From an uncultured Bacteroidia bacterium (GTDB lineage Bacteria > Bacteroidota > Bacteroidia > Bacteroidales > ML635J-15), in contig CACYQN010000011.1 of NCBI GenBank assembly GCA_902776565.1, forward strand, positions 48,561-112,560: a stretch of DNA of 64,000 nt, written 5' to 3'. Of this stretch, positions 17,476 through 26,302 are shown in pieces. The translations under genes and the position numbers were made by a program. Numbering within the stretch: position 1 is the first letter of the stretch; each line of letters opens with the position of its first letter. The notes under the pieces are model-generated. The model was not told the origin of the DNA, ran no database searches, and was given only the letters and a program-made list of their open reading frames with translations.

Positions 17476-19245
17476 CTATTTCCCATATATTTCAACATAT
17501 TCTCGCAAATATTTGAATGGAAATGGAATCACTGTCAATTGATTATTTCTTACAAAAGAGACATTCATCGTTTCTAGTATTTCATGGAAGAATAAAGAAT
17601 TGTTTTTATATGGAATTACTTTTCTAATATGAGTTGCATGAGAAACACTTGACTGCATTCCTTTTCCGATGACACCAGATGAGTAGTATTCACAATTATT
17701 CTCTTTATTATTGAAATAATGAATGTCTACACAGCCACAAAAATTTTCTGGCCGTTCTTTTTCTGACCTACTGATAATATTGCCCTTATGTAATATCTCT
17801 TCAACTCTTTCCATATTTGGCAACATAAACAACGGTGTTTCTTGAATGATATTAACCTCTTCCTTATTGTTTTTAACAACCCCTCGATATTTTTCGTCTA
17901 TATTCTTTGTTTTATTATCTTCAGCAATTGCTCTTATTTCATTGTATTCATCACTGTTAAACAAATCATTTGAAAGTTTTTCAATTTTAAAAAATCCTTC
18001 ATAATTTATTGTCATACAATAAAAGTCATCTTTATCAAATAAAACAAATCTCCATTCTTTATTAAAATTCCAATCATAAAGAGACACCTTGTGAGATTGT
18101 ATCAAATCGTATTTGACCAATAGCTCATTTAGAATTACAATAACATTTGGAGATAGCTTATCATTATTTTCTAAATTAAACCCTTCTAATGTAATATGTT
18201 GAACAATTTTATCAGAACACACTTTGTACATGTCTTCTATATGTAAACTTTCATAATACTCTTTATCATGAATAATCTTAATGTTAAAATCATTTTTACC
18301 GACCCTATCCTTAATGACAATATTTATGTTTTCAAGAAATAGGCTCAATTGCTGCTTTAGTATGTCACACAATTTAACCGAATTTTTATCATTTATTGTA
18401 TCAACTATTCTTATTGTTTTGTTCTGAAAAGCTTTTTTTAACAATTTGTCATGTTTTTCTTTGTTTTTTACAGCATTATCAACATCAATATGTTCCCAAT
18501 CTGATTCTACACTAAAATCAATATTTGCATATCTGCTATAATGCTTTTTGAATTTTGAAATGATTTTGCATAATATTCCAATTTTTGATTTGTTAAAATG
18601 CTCAAAATCGGCAGTATCCAGAAATTTAATCTCACTTTTTTCTCCTTTATACTGTGATATAGAATATCCTATCTTATATTTATCTTTTTCAGTTTTTAAT
18701 CGCAAGGTATTATTTGATTGTAAAACATAACTTTTAGAATCGGATTTATTATCTTGTTTTGTTAAAGTTTTGACATTTAAAGAAAAGACATAATTCTTTT
18801 TTATTTGGAACTCAATACAGACTATCTGAGAATTTGTTTTTTTACAAAAGTAATACAGTTTTCCACCAATATTACTTGCTCCATCATTTGGCGGCAATGA
18901 TGCTAATGAGTTAAATAGAATCTGCAACAATGAATGTTCATACCTTTTCTCAAAAGGAATATGCAATTGTTCAAATGACAAATCATTATCATTTTCTGCA
19001 TTATATTTAGTCACTATTTCTTTTATAACTATTTTATTATTGCTGTTCTTTTTCAACATAACAATAAAGCTATTGCCTGAAGTATATTGTATAGCCAGCA
19101 CTTTTCCATCAAGAACAGGTCCGTCAAGAATTCTTGCAGATGGTTTCTTAAGCAATGTCCCTTTCTTTATTAGAAAAAAGTCAAAATCTTTATCAATTTC
19201 CTGGTAATTATATTTAGCTACAATTATATTGCTTATTATTTTCAT
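17476..19245 (-). CDS. 589-aa protein of unknown family; weak MID/PIWI-like patterns (DdmE-like pAgo candidate)
   Basis: Its ATG (19243-19245) overlaps the upstream stop as ATGA. Very AT-rich. Residues ~320-352 (FNIKIIHDKEYYESLHIEDMYKVCSDKIVQHIT) resemble a MID 5'-end-binding strand/helix pattern. The C-terminus LTVIPFPFKYLREY resembles the PIWI C-terminal P-x-P-x-x-Y-A pattern. Confidence 0.4.
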   Translation of the reverse strand: MKIISNIIVAKYNYQEIDKDFDFFLIKKGTLLKKPSARILDGPVLDGKVLAIQYTSGNSFIVMLKKNSNNKIVIKEIVTKYNAENDNDLSFEQLHIPFEKRYEHSLLQILFNSLASLPPNDGASNIGGKLYYFCKKTNSQIVCIEFQIKKNYVFSLNVKTLTKQDNKSDSKSYVLQSNNTLRLKTEKDKYKIGYSISQYKGEKSEIKFLDTADFEHFNKSKIGILCKIISKFKKHYSRYANIDFSVESDWEHIDVDNAVKNKEKHDKLLKKAFQNKTIRIVDTINDKNSVKLCDILKQQLSLFLENINIVIKDRVGKNDFNIKIIHDKEYYESLHIEDMYKVCSDKIVQHITLEGFNLENNDKLSPNVIVILNELLVKYDLIQSHKVSLYDWNFNKEWRFVLFDKDDFYCMTINYEGFFKIEKLSNDLFNSDEYNEIRAIAEDNKTKNIDEKYRGVVKNNKEEVNIIQETPLFMLPNMERVEEILHKGNIISRSEKERPENFCGCVDIHYFNNKENNCEYYSSGVIGKGMQSSVSHATHIRKVIPYKNNSLFFHEILETMNVSFVRNNQLTVIPFPFKYLREYVEIYGK

Positions 19246-22200
19246 ATATTTTCGTTTATTATTTTTATGATTTTTTCCTTAATATCCATATCTATTTTCC
19301 CATTTTGTGTATCATATAAACGAGGGATTTCGATTATACGCCCACAATGCGATTCTATTGGATGTCTTTCATCTGCTAAGATGTTAATAATTAAAGCTTT
19401 CTGACCTCCGCATTTTTCCAATTTTTCCATAATATGAGGAATAATATCCGCACTCTGAGGAATAAACTTAGAATATTCGTTCCAATGTTTGAAATCTACA
19501 TAAATGTCTTTACCTGGAATCTTGTAATCAAATAATTCAAATAAATTTTTGTCTTCAATTTCCTCTAACCTGATATTAAATATTTTATTGAATATTTCTT
19601 TGCCTATGTATTCGCCAAGAGCGCCTTTATATATGTTTGTAAAAACCGGAGGACAAATAATGTAGTCATTTTCATTGAAGGTTATTGCAAATTCCTTATT
19701 TTTAAATAATTCTCTTATAAAATCAATATTCAAAAAAGTATCCAATCGAGCAGAATCAGACGAAACATCCTCGAACCGAGGTTTCTTATCAAATGAAATT
19801 TCAATGTCATTGAAATCTCCAGTTCTTTTAAAGAAAACCTTATTAGATTTTTCATACAATTTTATATAGAGTGGCTGATACAAATTATCAATATGTGAAA
19901 AATCATCTTCAGACATAGTTGGATGAGTCAGAACAAAATGTCTAATTTTTTGCCACTCAGAAATAGCATCATCACTCCATCCATTTCTACCATCTGACAC
20001 ATAGCGAATAATTCTATTTAACGCTTCAATTGATTTTGTTTCTGCCTGATTAATGAATTTTTGTTCATCATTTGTTATGTATTCCCTTTTTTCATTTATA
20101 CTTCTTAACAATTCGCTAAACTCTGGATTCAATAAATCATTTTGAGAAATATGACTATCAATTATGGATGATAGATCGTTGTCGTAATATATGTATATAG
20201 TCTTATTCTTGCTATTTGTACGACAGATACGCCCTACAGCCTGCATCACTTTTTGTCTAACAAATTTTTTGTAATCATCCATGCCTTTAAAAGAGAATGG
20301 CGTTATTTTTTCAGAATAAAAATAACCTTTAAATGCTTCTTTAATATAGAGATAGGTCTCTCTTAATGAGAGCATACCATTTTCTTTAAGATATTCTATT
20401 GGGGCGATATATTTGACCAAACTATCCTTTTCATATTTATTTAATAGTTTATACAAATTAGTCGGAGACTCAAGATATATAGCATCAAAATCCTTGCATT
20501 TGCTTTTCCTTATATCATTAATGTGTATAGTTTTTTGTTTATATGGCGTTTCGTATTGTAGATTCTGTCCCGCGCCAATAGTTTGGTATGTAGAAATAAC
20601 TAATATCTTTTCGCCATCTTTTAATCGTTTTTGTAAATAATCTTTTGTGTTTTCATAATCCGTTGATCTTAGAACTACAACATTATTATCGAACGACAAA
20701 TCTGTTTTATTTTGGGCACACAATTTATCGAATATTTCTTTCAATAAACCTTTATTAAATTTGTCTTCTGAAGAAAATTTATTGTCATCAGGGAATTGGT
20801 TGAAAAAACATAACATTGATTTTATGTCGTCATTTTCAATGAATTTCTTTATTGCTATAGCAGCCTTGAATGTACGAATAACCATAAACTCTCTGCTATA
20901 ATAATGTGATATTTTGTCACAAATCTCTTCGACATCTGCATCAGAAGTATATATAGATGACCAATCGACATTTTTATATACAGAACATTTAATATCTTCA
21001 ACTATAATGTTTACTCTATCATAATGACTTATTGATTTTTCAAAATGATTTTTCATCACTTCAAATTCTTCATCAGTAAATACGAAAAATTTGTCTTTTA
21101 ACTTAGGGATTAAATAATCATCTAAAGCGTAATTACCTATGCATGTAGGAATTTGAGCTGTAGCAGAAATGCCAAACACTTTTGCGTTTTCGCAAATATC
21201 AAGCAATATCTTTTCTGGAGAGGAAGCCAATTCTGTTATTCTAACAGAAGAACTAAAAGAATGTCCATCGTCATCTTCTATTGAATAGTACGAAAAACCT
21301 TTGTCAAAAAAAGATGCATCTAAAACGTTGTTTTTCCTTGCTTTCTCATTTTTACGATACAGCATTATTTCATTTGCGAAGTATTTTCTTACATTGTCAT
21401 CATCTATAAAGATGTCTAAAAATGACATAATTGCATCTTCAAGGGTATAATCTTCATTTCCATTTTCTTGTTTGCATTGCAAATAGTTAATCGCTAATAT
21501 TTGAATGCAACCACTAAAATATTTCAAAAATCCCTTAATGTCATTTAGCATGTATCTGAAATCTTTTGACAATTCATCACTTGCATCACCAAATCTTATT
21601 ATATTTTGTCGTTTCGAATTATCTTTTTCATATACAATTTTATCGTTCAGCTTATTTCCAGCTATAGTAATGTTTCTAAAATCATGGAACAGAAATGTTT
21701 TATACGAATCATCTTCTACATTTTCTTCCAACTTAAAGTCTAAATGCATTCCATATTTTTCGTATATATCATTACAGCGTTTTTGGCATTTCATAATTAT
21801 ATCATTCAGTCCGTCTTTGCCATATTTGGTTTTAAGCTGTTGCTGTGATGCAACAGTCATTTCAACAGGCAAATTCTCAGATTTTAAATTATGATATATC
21901 TGCTTATAGGCATCTATACAATTTATTTGAGATTTTATTGCGTCATTGACAAGACTATTCAAAATCTTATCCTTCGTACTGTCAAATTCATCTATGAAAA
22001 TTATAGCATCCTTAGCTAAATCTTTGAAAATATAGGAACTTTTCTCGATTATTGGATCATTTCTTAACAAAAACTTATCCATACTCATCATATAGACTTT
22101 CTTTTCTTTGGTGAGAATTTGAGGATAAACCTCAATAACCCAACTCCAATATCTTTTTATATAGTCTATTTTCCTTTTGTATGTGTATATTTTTCCTTTT

Positions 22201-22700
22201 TTTAATTCATCATTCAAATATTTCTTAACTATTTTACGAAAGTTTGGTTCTTGTGTATCCTTTATTTTATTTCTATAATCTTCTACAATCTCTTTGACAT
22301 TAGGGTCATTACATTTGCTATTTTCATTAATAAATTTTATTGATTGAGCTAGTTTATTGTATTCATTACTATTTCGCACATTTTTATTAATCGAATTAGA
22401 AAACTTTAGAAGGTTATCAACAACACATTCTAAGAAAGATTTTATCAACAACACATTCTCGTCAAATAACCTTAATTCTTCATCTCCCTTAAAATGATCT
22501 TTTAGTCCTTCTAAGTCAATATTCTTCTTTAATGAGGTAATGAAAACGATTTTATCTTTCCTCTTTTCTACAATAGCATCATGAATAAACTTAAATACGG
22601 TATATGTCTTGCCAGAACCTGTTGGCATGGGCAAAAGCAATAATCCGTTATTTTGCATTTTCTCGTAAGCGTAACCTTTTAATATGTCGTTTAAATCCAT
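19242..22700 (-). CDS. SF2 helicase fused to C-terminal PD-(D/E)xK-like nuclease (DdmD-like candidate)
   Basis: 1152 aa. Motif I PMPTGSGKT (aa 24-32), II IIFIDEFD (233-240), III GISATA (510-515), V-like VISTYQTIGAGQNL (701-714), VI QAVGRICR (820-827). Then GALGEY (E1030), ELFDY (D1058) and YVDFK (D1069, K1071). Confidence 0.6.
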   Translation of the reverse strand: MDLNDILKGYAYEKMQNNGLLLLPMPTGSGKTYTVFKFIHDAIVEKRKDKIVFITSLKKNIDLEGLKDHFKGDEELRLFDENVLLIKSFLECVVDNLLKFSNSINKNVRNSNEYNKLAQSIKFINENSKCNDPNVKEIVEDYRNKIKDTQEPNFRKIVKKYLNDELKKGKIYTYKRKIDYIKRYWSWVIEVYPQILTKEKKVYMMSMDKFLLRNDPIIEKSSYIFKDLAKDAIIFIDEFDSTKDKILNSLVNDAIKSQINCIDAYKQIYHNLKSENLPVEMTVASQQQLKTKYGKDGLNDIIMKCQKRCNDIYEKYGMHLDFKLEENVEDDSYKTFLFHDFRNITIAGNKLNDKIVYEKDNSKRQNIIRFGDASDELSKDFRYMLNDIKGFLKYFSGCIQILAINYLQCKQENGNEDYTLEDAIMSFLDIFIDDDNVRKYFANEIMLYRKNEKARKNNVLDASFFDKGFSYYSIEDDDGHSFSSSVRITELASSPEKILLDICENAKVFGISATAQIPTCIGNYALDDYLIPKLKDKFFVFTDEEFEVMKNHFEKSISHYDRVNIIVEDIKCSVYKNVDWSSIYTSDADVEEICDKISHYYSREFMVIRTFKAAIAIKKFIENDDIKSMLCFFNQFPDDNKFSSEDKFNKGLLKEIFDKLCAQNKTDLSFDNNVVVLRSTDYENTKDYLQKRLKDGEKILVISTYQTIGAGQNLQYETPYKQKTIHINDIRKSKCKDFDAIYLESPTNLYKLLNKYEKDSLVKYIAPIEYLKENGMLSLRETYLYIKEAFKGYFYSEKITPFSFKGMDDYKKFVRQKVMQAVGRICRTNSKNKTIYIYYDNDLSSIIDSHISQNDLLNPEFSELLRSINEKREYITNDEQKFINQAETKSIEALNRIIRYVSDGRNGWSDDAISEWQKIRHFVLTHPTMSEDDFSHIDNLYQPLYIKLYEKSNKVFFKRTGDFNDIEISFDKKPRFEDVSSDSARLDTFLNIDFIRELFKNKEFAITFNENDYIICPPVFTNIYKGALGEYIGKEIFNKIFNIRLEEIEDKNLFELFDYKIPGKDIYVDFKHWNEYSKFIPQSADIIPHIMEKLEKCGGQKALIINILADERHPIESHCGRIIEIPRLYDTQNGKIDMDIKEKIIKIINENI

Positions 22701-22723
22701 AAAATATAATCTTATTTGCAGCC

Positions 22724-22731
22724 CAAATATA
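22724..22731 (-). promoter_or_regulatory. candidate -7 promoter box (TATATTTG) for the helicase-nuclease operon
   Basis: The minus strand reads gtatatttggg 24-31 nt upstream of the ATG at 22700. Exact TAnnTTTG match. Confidence 0.35.
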
Positions 22732-22915
22732 CTGCTAAAATTCGAGTTGGAACAAAGTTGTTATTAACAATCATTTTAAACACTACTATAATTTATTAAC
22801 ATATAAAATGTTAATTTTTTTTATCGTGTTGGATTTACTATTATGTCAGTGAGCAGACTCTATTGAATACAATCATTTCTAATGCTTATAGCGATAAAAA
22901 TGATGATACCTTTGT

Positions 22916-23125
22916 CCTTTCGGATTTATAACCTATAACTCAGCAACACATTTTTCTTACTGCCGATTTAGCCATAACGCAAAAAATCTGTATGAACATT
23001 TTTCTATAAAATGGAAAAATAATTTGTACTGTTTAAAAGGCTAGCAATTAAAGGATTAAAAATCCTAATATTCATATAGTCTGGATTGTTGCTAATGCAA
23101 CGAGCTAAAGGTTGCAAATCCAGAC
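22916..23125. repeat. hairpin-repeat cluster B
   Basis: A degenerate cctttcggatttataacc (22916-22933) and ggatt-aaa-aatcc (23053-23065). Also gtctggatt...aatccagac (23079-23125), interrupted by a 26-nt insert gttgctaatgcaacgagctaaaggtt. Confidence 0.75.
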
Positions 23126-23176
23126 AACTTTGATAGGAGGAAACGATTTATTGCAAAAGCAATATTTATTAATTTT

Positions 23177-23242
23177 TTCAGTGCGTTGAAGAAATTTGTA
23201 CAAAATTATTCATTGCGTTGAAGATTTTAATTATTTTTGCAT
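23177..23242 (+). promoter_or_regulatory. upstream repeat unit with two TTCA-N6-TGAA dyads (putative operator/promoter of the ATPase gene)
   Basis: ttcagtgcgttgaaga and ttcattgcgttgaaga lie 32 nt apart. The whole 66-nt unit recurs downstream of the gene at 24403-24467. Confidence 0.4.
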
Positions 23243-23260
23243 CGACAAAAAGAATGAATT

Positions 23261-24391
23261 ATGATTGAAAGAAGATTGGCAAATGTTATTTCAAGTTTGT
23301 TGACAAACCAAAAGGTTATGCTTGTATATGGAGCAAGACGAGTTGGTAAAACCGTATTAATCAGGCAGGTGTCGGAAAAGTATGCGGGAAAGACTTTGTT
23401 CCTGAACGGAGAAGATGCTTCTACGGAAGTAATGTTTCGGGAAAGAACAGCAGCACATTATAGGCAATTGCTTAGCGGAGTTGACCTTTTAATAATTGAT
23501 GAGGCACAAAATATTCCTGAAATTGGCAAAATATTGAAGCTGATAGTTGATGATGTTGAAAACATTCAGGTCATTGCATCTGGTTCTTCCTCATTTGATT
23601 TGCGAAATCAAACTGGCGAGCCATTGGTCGGAAGGTCATACACTTTCCACTTATCGCCATTGTCTGCTGAGGAATGGCTGACGCAAATTCCTGCCGCACA
23701 ATTATATATGGATCTTGAAGAACGTCTTGTATATGGCAACTACCCTGAGCTTCTTTCTATTAAAAGTTTTGAGCAAAAGCAAATGTACTTAAGCGAGCTT
23801 GCGCAATCGTACCTGCTTAAAGATATTCTGACATTGGACGGCATAAAAAACTCAAGCAAAATGTATAATCTATTGCGCTTGGTTGCTTTTCAAATGGGGA
23901 GCGAAGTTTCGTATGACGAACTCGGCAAACATCTGTCGTTGAGCAGGAACACTGTGGAAAAATACCTTGATTTGCTAGCAAAAACTTTCGTAATCTATCG
24001 GCTTCCGGCGTATTCGCGTAATCCGCGCAAGGAGGTCAGTAAAGCTGGCAAATGGTATTTCTACGACAATGGCATTCGAAATGCTGTAATTGGAGATTTC
24101 CGTCCGCTTGCAATACGGCAGGATGTTGGGGCATTGTGGGAAAGTTATATGATATCGGAGCGTATGAAACTCAACGACAACAGACACGACACTTCTATGT
24201 ACTATTTCTGGAGAACATACAATGGACAGGAAATTGACTTGATAGAAGAGCGCAACGGAGAATTGAAGGCTTTTGAGTTCAAGTGGGGAGATAAAAAGCC
24301 AAAGTGTCCCAGTTCGTTCAAGGACAACTATCCCGATGTGCCATTTACATCAGTAAATAAATCCAACTTCATTGATTTTGTAACGAAATAA
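23261..24391 (+). CDS. AAA+ ATPase with C-terminal DUF4143-like domain
   Basis: 376 aa. Walker A GARRVGKT, Walker B LLIIDEAQ. Architecture typical of Bacteroidetes 'ATP-binding protein' (AAA_14 + DUF4143). Confidence 0.7.
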   Translation: MIERRLANVISSLLTNQKVMLVYGARRVGKTVLIRQVSEKYAGKTLFLNGEDASTEVMFRERTAAHYRQLLSGVDLLIIDEAQNIPEIGKILKLIVDDVENIQVIASGSSSFDLRNQTGEPLVGRSYTFHLSPLSAEEWLTQIPAAQLYMDLEERLVYGNYPELLSIKSFEQKQMYLSELAQSYLLKDILTLDGIKNSSKMYNLLRLVAFQMGSEVSYDELGKHLSLSRNTVEKYLDLLAKTFVIYRLPAYSRNPRKEVSKAGKWYFYDNGIRNAVIGDFRPLAIRQDVGALWESYMISERMKLNDNRHDTSMYYFWRTYNGQEIDLIEERNGELKAFEFKWGDKKPKCPSSFKDNYPDVPFTSVNKSNFIDFVTK

Positions 24392-24402
24392 TTACTAAAT
24401 TT

Positions 24403-24467
24403 TTCATTGCATTGAATAAATTAGTACAAAAATCTTCAATCAGTTGAAGATTTTCATTATTTCGCAT
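24403..24467 (+). repeat. second copy of the 23177-23242 unit, not followed by a gene
   Basis: Roughly four-fifths identical to the upstream unit by hand alignment. Followed only by ~65 nt before the converging gene's stop at 24532. Confidence 0.6.
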
Positions 24468-24531
24468 AGCTCACAAGTGTGATTACTTTGTGTACGAAAG
24501 ATTATTGCTGGGGCTTTTTCCGAGAATATCA

Positions 24532-25842
24532 CTACATATCCTCCATCGACAGCAGTCTATATTCAATTTCGTAGCCGTCGAGGTTTGGCTTCAGCACTTC
24601 CGACTTGGAGATTAGCACTTCAGCATTCAACTTTTTGGAATTGCGTTTCACTTCGGCAATAACGGCTTTTTTGTCCAAATCGCTCATTGCAATCAAATCT
24701 ATTTCATTTACGCCTTTTCTGTCCCAAAATGCTCCAATGTTTGTCATGCGCTCCTGCTGGGCAATCTTGTCGCGGAAGTACATTTCCAGAACGCGTCCGC
24801 TGTATTGCTCGTAATCCTTTTCTACAATCTCACGCAACAGGTCAAACCGTCCTTGTTCTATCAGCATCTGATTGGGATACACATACCTAAACCAAAAACG
24901 CAGGAAATTGTCGGAAATCGACCAGCGCGAGTTTCGGCTTCCGGGCTTGGAGAAAATCGGACGCACACGGCGGACAAGCATATATTCGTTTTCGAGGTTG
25001 TACAGATATGCGCCAGTGTTCTTGCCGATTATGGAATCAATTTCGGGCTGAGTGTTTTTGCCCGATGCAATTAGATGCAACACAGAGAAATATATGCCGT
25101 AGTCCTTGCCGAATTCCGAAACAAGAATGTCGCGACCTTCGGTCAAGAATGGCGAGTCGGACGAAATTACACGCCTCAACATCTTGCGCCAGGTTACTGC
25201 CGCACTGTCCATCAGCACCGAAACATACTTGGCAACTCCGCCGGTCAGTAGATATAGGCAAAGCAGGTCTTCTGATGTGTATTTGCGATTGTAGTCGCCA
25301 AGTATTTCTTTTAATGTTGCCACTGAAAAAGGGTTTAGCACCAGCTTTGATGTCTGGCGGGCAAAAAGTGGCTCCTGCCGTCCTTCGAATATGCGTATCA
25401 TCATTGAGTAGATAGAGCCACAGGCAATGAGGTTTATCCGAGATTTGTCCTTGTTTTTGTCCCAAATGTTGCGTATGTCACCGAAAATTGCTGGATTTAC
25501 ATTGTTCAGTTCCTGAAATTCATCAATAATAAGTGTAAAAGGCACTTGTTCCGAATATTTCATCAGCATTTCGAAAACCTCAGCGAAACTCGATGCCGTT
25601 CCCATGAAGTTCGTGCCGAGCTGCCTCTCTGCTTCCTGCTGGAAACTATATGCAAGAAGAGCTTCGCTTTGTCTAGTAACAAAAAAGTACAATGCAGGGT
25701 TCCCTTTTACCGACTCGAGAAGCAGACTAGTCTTGCCTATACGCCTTCTGCCCACCATCACTGTGAAGCAGGATGTCTTTTTGGATTGAATCCGAGATGA
25801 TTTTAGTGACTTCAATTCGTCTTTTCTATCATAGAACTTCAT
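24532..25842 (-). CDS. ATPase (archaeal-ATPase/ORC-like P-loop plus DUF234-like C-terminal domain)
   Basis: 436 aa. Walker A GRRRIGKTSLL, Walker B LIIDEFQEL. The C-terminal region (FWDRKGVNEIDLIA) resembles DUF234. Confidence 0.65.
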   Translation of the reverse strand: MKFYDRKDELKSLKSSRIQSKKTSCFTVMVGRRRIGKTSLLLESVKGNPALYFFVTRQSEALLAYSFQQEAERQLGTNFMGTASSFAEVFEMLMKYSEQVPFTLIIDEFQELNNVNPAIFGDIRNIWDKNKDKSRINLIACGSIYSMMIRIFEGRQEPLFARQTSKLVLNPFSVATLKEILGDYNRKYTSEDLLCLYLLTGGVAKYVSVLMDSAAVTWRKMLRRVISSDSPFLTEGRDILVSEFGKDYGIYFSVLHLIASGKNTQPEIDSIIGKNTGAYLYNLENEYMLVRRVRPIFSKPGSRNSRWSISDNFLRFWFRYVYPNQMLIEQGRFDLLREIVEKDYEQYSGRVLEMYFRDKIAQQERMTNIGAFWDRKGVNEIDLIAMSDLDKKAVIAEVKRNSKKLNAEVLISKSEVLKPNLDGYEIEYRLLSMEDM

Positions 25843-25871
25843 AATTATTAGCGTTTTATGTGACTTATAAT

Positions 25872-26054
25872 TTAATAGTAATTAAGTTAATTTACATTAA
25901 ATTGTCGCAAAGATAATTCATTTTATTTGAACTGCAATGCGGATAGCTGAATTTTTATCACACATTTTTTTATTTTGCTTTTTTGAATTAATTGTTTATC
26001 AATAAAATAATATTTAATTAACTTAATAGCCATTAAGTTAATGTGCATTAAATT
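25872..26054. repeat. two ~32-nt direct repeats upstream of the DUF234-type ATPase gene
   Basis: ttaatagtaattaagttaatttacattaaatt (25872-25903) and ttaatagccattaagttaatgtgcattaaatt (26023-26054). Each contains the near-palindrome attaaGttaat. Confidence 0.6.
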
Positions 26055-26097
26055 AAAATGTGGTATTGCGTTGTGTACAGAAAATTACGCAGTTGTG

Positions 26098-26287
26098 TCG
26101 GATTTGCTGACTTGGGGTAGTGAGCTAAAGGTTGAAAATCCGACACATGCGAATATGGGTATTTGTAATGCGAAGACAGAATAATATTAAGCGGATTATA
26201 AATCATAATATTCATATAGTCTGGATTGCAAATCCAGACAACATTGATTGTTGCTCAGGCAACGAGCTAAAGGTTGCAAATCCAGAC
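26098..26287. repeat. hairpin-repeat cluster C
   Basis: tcggattt...gagctaaaggttgaaaatccgac (26098-26144), ggatt-ata-aatc (26193-26204) and gtctggatt-gca-aatccagac (26219-26239). Also gattgttgctcaggcaacgagctaaaggttgcaaatccagac (26246-26287). Confidence 0.75.
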
Positions 26288-26302
26288 AACACTATTCCCA
26301 AT

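Noticed and set aside
19242-22700. Alternative assignments of the helicase operon (Hachiman HamAB, Gabija, DISARM DrmA, Druantia, type I/III restriction)
   Set aside because: There is no DUF1837/HamA-like small nuclease gene, no TOPRIM-ATPase, no methyltransferase or PLD gene adjacent, and the size is too small for DruE. The helicase carries its own nuclease and has a single partner, which fits DdmDE best, though this remains unverified.
23079-23125. tRNA-Cys gene or tRNA fragment, because of the GGATTGCAAATCC arm and a D-arm-like gctcaggcaacgagc nearby (26252-26266)
   Set aside because: No acceptor stem, T-arm (GTTCRANYC) or proper cloverleaf can be drawn. Only the anticodon-arm-like hairpin resembles a tRNA.
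17104-26287. Hairpin repeats as a CRISPR array or as integron attC sites
   Set aside because: There is no regular repeat-spacer periodicity, and the repeats are heterogeneous and palindromic, so this is not a CRISPR array. No IntI integrase, attI or GTTRRRY-type core sites were recognised, so an integron reading is unsupported. The REP-like interpretation is kept as a finding.
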